Shown here: positions 59,391 through 64,000 of the stretch, one piece after another | Position numbering within the stretch: the first letter of the stretch is position 1 | Layout: the number at the start of each line of letters is the position of its first letter | Source: Psammoneis japonica | Taxonomy: Eukaryota | Direction of reading: 5' to 3' | Assembly: GCA_008632985.1 (NCBI GenBank) | Contig: QPGO01000022.1 | Span: forward strand, 434,001 to 498,000 | DNA length: 64,000 nt | The notes under the pieces: model-generated | Told to the model about the DNA's origin: nothing | Seen by the model: the letters and a program-made list of their open reading frames with translations, nothing else | The model's database searches: none | Program-made: the position numbers and the translations under genes

Positions 59391-61835
59391 ATGCAACCAG
59401 CAGTTAGTTGTTGTTGTTGTCGCATACCGTTCACTTCGCGAATAAGGAACGCATCACCAAGCAGAATGCGAGGTTCCAAAATAAGCACCTCTGTAATTGG
59501 CTCCGCTGAACTATCAAGGAGCTCTATGATGTGTGACTCCAATAGTGGAATAAGTGCTCGTGGTGATGCTCCACGCCAGCCATTGCATCTGCAAGAGAGG
59601 TCGGCATCAGCACAACGTCAACAAACACTTCGCCATCATGTGCGAAACAGACGGTCCAAGATTTGTATGCTCTCTGGAGCGTTGATTGCGGCGTCCTTGT
59701 ACCATTGCGAATCGAAAGGTGTTGCTGCGACTGGGATTCAGTCTGGAGGCGGTGCAAAGAGATCAGGAGAATCGCAACGTGAACGTTTCGTGTCCGCTGC
59801 AGCGCTCGTAGCTGCAGGGTCCATCTTGATGAATGCAGCAGCGGAAGAGGGAAATATCGACCAGACATACGATCGATCACTTGTTCCAGCAAATCACTTG
59901 TCCTTTGAGACTGCGGACGAGGCGAATCATATTGGAGACGGTGTTCGTTCTGAGGAATCCTCCAGTCATTTCTTCCAGTCGATCGATACCGATGGCGACG
60001 GAACCCTTGATGCACCCGAGCTTGCTGATGTTGTTCGACAATACATCGACGAGGCATCCTTTGACACAGCCGGAGTAGAAGATGAAGTAAATCGAGTCAT
60101 GAAAAAACTAGACCGGAACGATGAAGAAGGGGTGGACAGCTCGGATGTGTTTGCACACTGGATGCAGCTGGAAAGCCTTCTTACAGTCAACGAAGTGGCT
60201 GAGTGGGTCGTATACGCTGTCCAAATGCCAGATTATGTGGGACACATATTCAGAGAGAACTTTGTGACTGGCTACGACTTCCCAGAACTGGCAGAGAACG
60301 GAGGAGAAGCCCTTTTGTCGGAGCTCAAAATAGAAAAGCCGTCCTTTCGAAAACGGTTGGTGAAGCATGTGTATGCCCGTCTCCTTGGGATCGGCTCGGT
60401 TCCGACGTCTCCAGAGCATGTTAAATACCAACTTGAGAGTTGTTCCACGGTGAGCTTTTCATGGGGAAAGTCTTCAGCGGTTGGCTTTCCAGTTCATAGT
60501 TACAGAGTCCAACGTCGAGCGGTGCCTTTGTACCGAACAGATTCGATGGATAGTCAAGTAGATGCGTTTGCTGCAAGAGTTACGGACCACGTAAACGCGG
60601 GAAGCGATCAATGCGTGGACGACGAGTTATCTCCAACGGACACGGTATGCAGTGCGAAGCCTGACACAACCAGTAGCTCAGACTGGGTTACAATGTACGT
60701 CGGGGGTGAAACGGATTTCATCGATGCCGGCTTGGAGCCCGGGAAGAACTATCAGTACCGTTTTCAGGCTTGGAACTCGGTTGGGCGGAGTCCGTGGACT
60801 ATCGTAGATATCTCCCAATCGTTGAAAAAGCAAAAGTGTAACTTGACAAAGACAGCTGTTGCGCAGAAGCGAAGCTGGACTCCAAAGGAAGCGTCAATGA
60901 TGGGCTTGTTGTTCTGGGGCGGGGGAACTCTAATAAATGGGTCGTACGTCCTGTTACAATTCCTTTTGACGGGTCTTGCTGTGGCATCAGCGGTCATGCG
61001 CTTTAGGCGAGCGTCTGCAAAGAGCACAGCTGTTGCCAACGCGGAAGCCGTTGCGCCATCCCTATGGACCGGGCTCAACTCTTTTTTCGCTCGGGTTCTG
61101 GGTGTGGAAGTTGTACCCTCATCCGAACTTGGGGAACACAGTACTCTCCATCACTCCAAGAACGTGCATGATAAGTCGGTAAACGCTGTCGGACTTAACG
61201 GCTACTCCAGCACGTCAAAAACCGATCCATCTGGCAGACGGCTCGCCTTTCAGAAGTGGCAGACGAAGTCCGCCAATGATGTTGCACTGCTACCGGAGAG
61301 TCTGCCAAGCAACACCAGACCGCATAAAAATGTATCGTTCAGACTCAATCGAAGCGTGCGGAATAACTTGGTTTCCGTCGACGACAGCACAGAAGAGGAT
61401 GTGGCGCTTCCGTCAAACTCTCTGCCCTCTCGCGATTCATCGCCATATCGAGTATCTCGTGAGAGCAGCGTCAATAGCCAAGACAGCAGTGACTCAGGTT
61501 GCTGCTGTGAAATGGAAGATGATGACTCAAGATGCAATACCTGTCAAAAGCGGTACAAATTTGGCAAGCGTTGGAAGCATCATTGTGCCAGGTGCATGTC
61601 AACATTCTGCCACAAGCATGGTCGCACCACCCACACGAACTTGACGAGCTGCAAAGTTCCAGGCACCTGTATTTGTAATGTGTGCCTTGAAATTGAACAG
61701 TTCAACATGAGAGACTCGTCACCAAGTAACATGGCGAGAAGTGGTAAGCGATGGTTGTCGAGAAAGCAGCGTTCAGCTGACGGCGCATCTAACCAGCTTT
61801 CTGAAGCTCAAGAGAATGCACTTCAGTCCTATTAG
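59391..61835 (+). CDS. EF-hand-SAM (STIM-like) + fibronectin type III + TM + FYVE-like zinc finger protein
   Basis: EF loop DTDGDGTLDAPE, second EF DRNDEEGVD, SAM LTVNEVAEWV..AVQMPDY, FN3 LEPGKNYQYRFQAWNSVGRSPW, a hydrophobic segment at ~60900-61000, and CNTC..KHHCARC..FC. The real start is probably a later Met. Confidence 0.8.
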   Translation: MQPAVSCCCCRIPFTSRIRNASPSRMRGSKISTSVIGSAELSRSSMMCDSNSGISARGDAPRQPLHLQERSASAQRQQTLRHHVRNRRSKICMLSGALIAASLYHCESKGVAATGIQSGGGAKRSGESQRERFVSAAALVAAGSILMNAAAEEGNIDQTYDRSLVPANHLSFETADEANHIGDGVRSEESSSHFFQSIDTDGDGTLDAPELADVVRQYIDEASFDTAGVEDEVNRVMKKLDRNDEEGVDSSDVFAHWMQLESLLTVNEVAEWVVYAVQMPDYVGHIFRENFVTGYDFPELAENGGEALLSELKIEKPSFRKRLVKHVYARLLGIGSVPTSPEHVKYQLESCSTVSFSWGKSSAVGFPVHSYRVQRRAVPLYRTDSMDSQVDAFAARVTDHVNAGSDQCVDDELSPTDTVCSAKPDTTSSSDWVTMYVGGETDFIDAGLEPGKNYQYRFQAWNSVGRSPWTIVDISQSLKKQKCNLTKTAVAQKRSWTPKEASMMGLLFWGGGTLINGSYVLLQFLLTGLAVASAVMRFRRASAKSTAVANAEAVAPSLWTGLNSFFARVLGVEVVPSSELGEHSTLHHSKNVHDKSVNAVGLNGYSSTSKTDPSGRRLAFQKWQTKSANDVALLPESLPSNTRPHKNVSFRLNRSVRNNLVSVDDSTEEDVALPSNSLPSRDSSPYRVSRESSVNSQDSSDSGCCCEMEDDDSRCNTCQKRYKFGKRWKHHCARCMSTFCHKHGRTTHTNLTSCKVPGTCICNVCLEIEQFNMRDSSPSNMARSGKRWLSRKQRSADGASNQLSEAQENALQSY

Positions 61836-61989
61836 GTATATTATGAAATAGACCTTTGTTTTCTCTCTAGGTGGGGCTTGAATCCCTCGCGCTGGAAGGT
61901 AGCACTGAAAACTTTGGATCAAATTACCTTTCCCAATCGTTATGCTTCCAATCACACATCATTGTTTTTAGGCCCTACAGATTTGTATT

Positions 61990-64000
61990 GCACCATCGCG
62001 AACAGTGTGCCTGTCGCTGACTGAGCTTTGTGCTTCGGTTTAATCTTGAAATCTTTGTCTTTGTTCAGTTCGCGTCACTCCATCCTCTAGCAAATCCATC
62101 TGCAAACATGGAAGACGACCATTCCTGCTCCTGTCGACCACCAACAGTTCAGATGGACTGTGTTTGGCATCATCTGATGAGAGTGATGAGTCCTTGTGGC
62201 CACACATGTGGCCTGTGGTTTTTTCTGTTTTCTCTCTGCCAGTTTTTTTTTTCCAGTGCCTCTGAGCAGTGCCCCCCAAACAATGAAGGTGTGTGTCCAC
62301 CCATCACCAGGGCTGTTGGTCCATCGCACAAGCTGCACGTGCCCAGAACCTGCAAATGTCAGACATCAGATTTGTTGCAGTTGCCACACTGCTGTGCTGG
62401 AAAAACAGCCATTTTTTGCCAAGCAAAGCTGCCCTTCCTGTCACAAACAATTGGCCACAACTTCCAGGGATGAAATGGTTGCAACAACTGGCACTTGACT
62501 GTCAACGTCCCTGGCTGCAGTTGCTGGAGCTCTCCAGGCTGTTGACCTCACACACATGGTTGCAACTGCCCAAAACAGATTCCATGTTTTCTCAAAAGCA
62601 AAGCAAGAAGTTGCATCTGTTGCTCAGCTTTGTGGATTCCAAAAATGTCAAGCCCCAGACCATTGACTTGGTCCATCCTTGATGACACACACCGGCAAAC
62701 ATGCCAACTTGGTGTTTTCTGGTGCAGCATGATGAGCAGCCTTTTTTCAGCAAAAATGATTGTCGTGTGTTTTGCCAGATGCCTTCCCCCCAGCCCCTTT
62801 CTTGCAACCCTCAAAGTTTTCACCACACTGCAATGTAAGATCTGGCTGTCTTGGGTGCAAGTGCTGCAAAAGGTGGCAAAGTTGTGCACAAACTGGGTGT
62901 GCAGCCACATGTTGAGGCCAGCTGACTCTCTTCCACCATTGTTTTGCATGGTCCAATTTGTGCCAAGCCAAACTCTCATCTTGCAGGTGTGGACAACAGC
63001 ACGTGCTGATTTAAACAGCTTGGCTGCATGCCTGCAGTTCCCAAATCTGTTGAGATGCAGCACAGAATTTGCACCATTGCCGCCACATTCTGCAGGTTCA
63101 GTGCTTGACACAGGCAAAGGAGAGCCATGCTCTGGCACAATGGACAATCTCACTTGTTTGACCAGAGCTCTTGTGATTTGCACCATGGCCACATCTGCAA
63201 GCCGCGTGCATCCAGGCCAGAATTTCTGTCCAACAGATTGAAAAAAATGGTGGAAAGACAGGGTTTGATGCTGGTGTCTTTCAGGTGCAAAAAAGGGCAT
63301 GTCATGCACAACCAATTTTGTTCTGCTGTGCAAATTCAGCCCTGTGCTTTTGTCTGACAGCCAAATTGTCTGCATTTTGACATCTCTTGTTCTTTTTGTC
63401 AGGTGGGTGAACAAAAGCTTCTGCTTTGCAAGCACATAAAATTTTCCACACAGGCATCAGAAAAATTGCTGAAATTGCAGCCATGCACTGGTTTTTGCTG
63501 CCATTTCTCATTTTTTTTCAACTTGGCTGTTGTTGCCACCAATCTGCAGTGCCATGTTGGGCTTCACATTGGCAAGATCATTGACTTTTTCTTTTCCCAC
63601 ACAACTTGCCTGTCACCTTCTGATGTGCCACCATTTCTCACCAACAAGAAAGCTCCAACACCTGCAGCTGCACTCACATTAATTTGACAACTCTCCTCAT
63701 TGGCTTGGTGTTTGCTCATTGCAGTGGTGTCCCTTGTGCCTCTGTGCTTTGGCCAAACAAACTCTCATCTCTGCTGTGCAACTCACAGCTTCAGCTGCTC
63801 CAGCTGATGATGGCCATGATCCCTTTTGCAATGGCTGTGTTTTGTGAGTCTTGTGGTGGGGCACCTTCAAAAGCACGGACCTTGCACAAGTGGTTCCCTC
63901 ATCTTTCAAAAACATTTTTCTGTCTCCTTTCCTTGCTGCAGAGCCCATGTGCCCTCCAGAAGTTGATGTTGTTGGAGCAGATGACTCAGCAAGTTACAGC
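61990..64000. repeat. Transposon-derived block, TpA/CpG-depleted (runs off the window)
   Basis: About 7 TA in 2 kb, and Tyr-free Cys/His-rich ORFs. Confidence 0.8.

Noticed and set aside
62548..63435. 295-aa minus-strand ORF as a gene
   Set aside because: It is Tyr-free and lies within a mutated block. Probably a TE relic that I cannot classify.

Overview
Eukaryotic genomic DNA, most likely a pennate diatom. The evidence is short GT-AG introns, an ASAFAP-type plastid presequence, OvoA and a fused Trp synthase. About 20 compact protein-coding genes alternate with four transposon-derived blocks (~1-8020, ~16400-25130, ~32240-36550, ~61990-64000). Genes: pyroglutamyl peptidase, FYVE-RING, PAPS transporter, ABHD4/5, UTP11, MORN protein, OvoA, RPS23, DUF3727-like, LDAH, NECAP, EED/ESC, PUB protein, AP-4 sigma, a secreted Cys-repeat protein, AAGAB/p34, a ZUP1-like peptidase, sarcosine/dimethylglycine dehydrogenase, TrpA-TrpB fusion and an EF-SAM-FN3-TM-FYVE protein. 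Many genes carry single-base frameshifts that look like long-read assembly errors. Main signal: the repeat blocks have lost almost all TpA dinucleotides, converted to TpG/CpA, in addition to and partly independently of CpG decay. Sister MITE copies, a mariner TA target-site duplication and Tyr codons of a Penelope RT all record TA->TG/CA changes, and surviving sites are mostly TAA/TTA. This looks like a repeat-targeted A:T->G:C hypermutation system, opposite in direction to fungal RIP. Other highlights: a STIM-like EF-SAM protein, a hammerhead ribozyme in a Penelope element inserted at (GA)n with a ~120-bp duplication, and a 181-bp exon+intron tandem array. All counts were made by eye and gene calls rest on motif recognition, without database searches.
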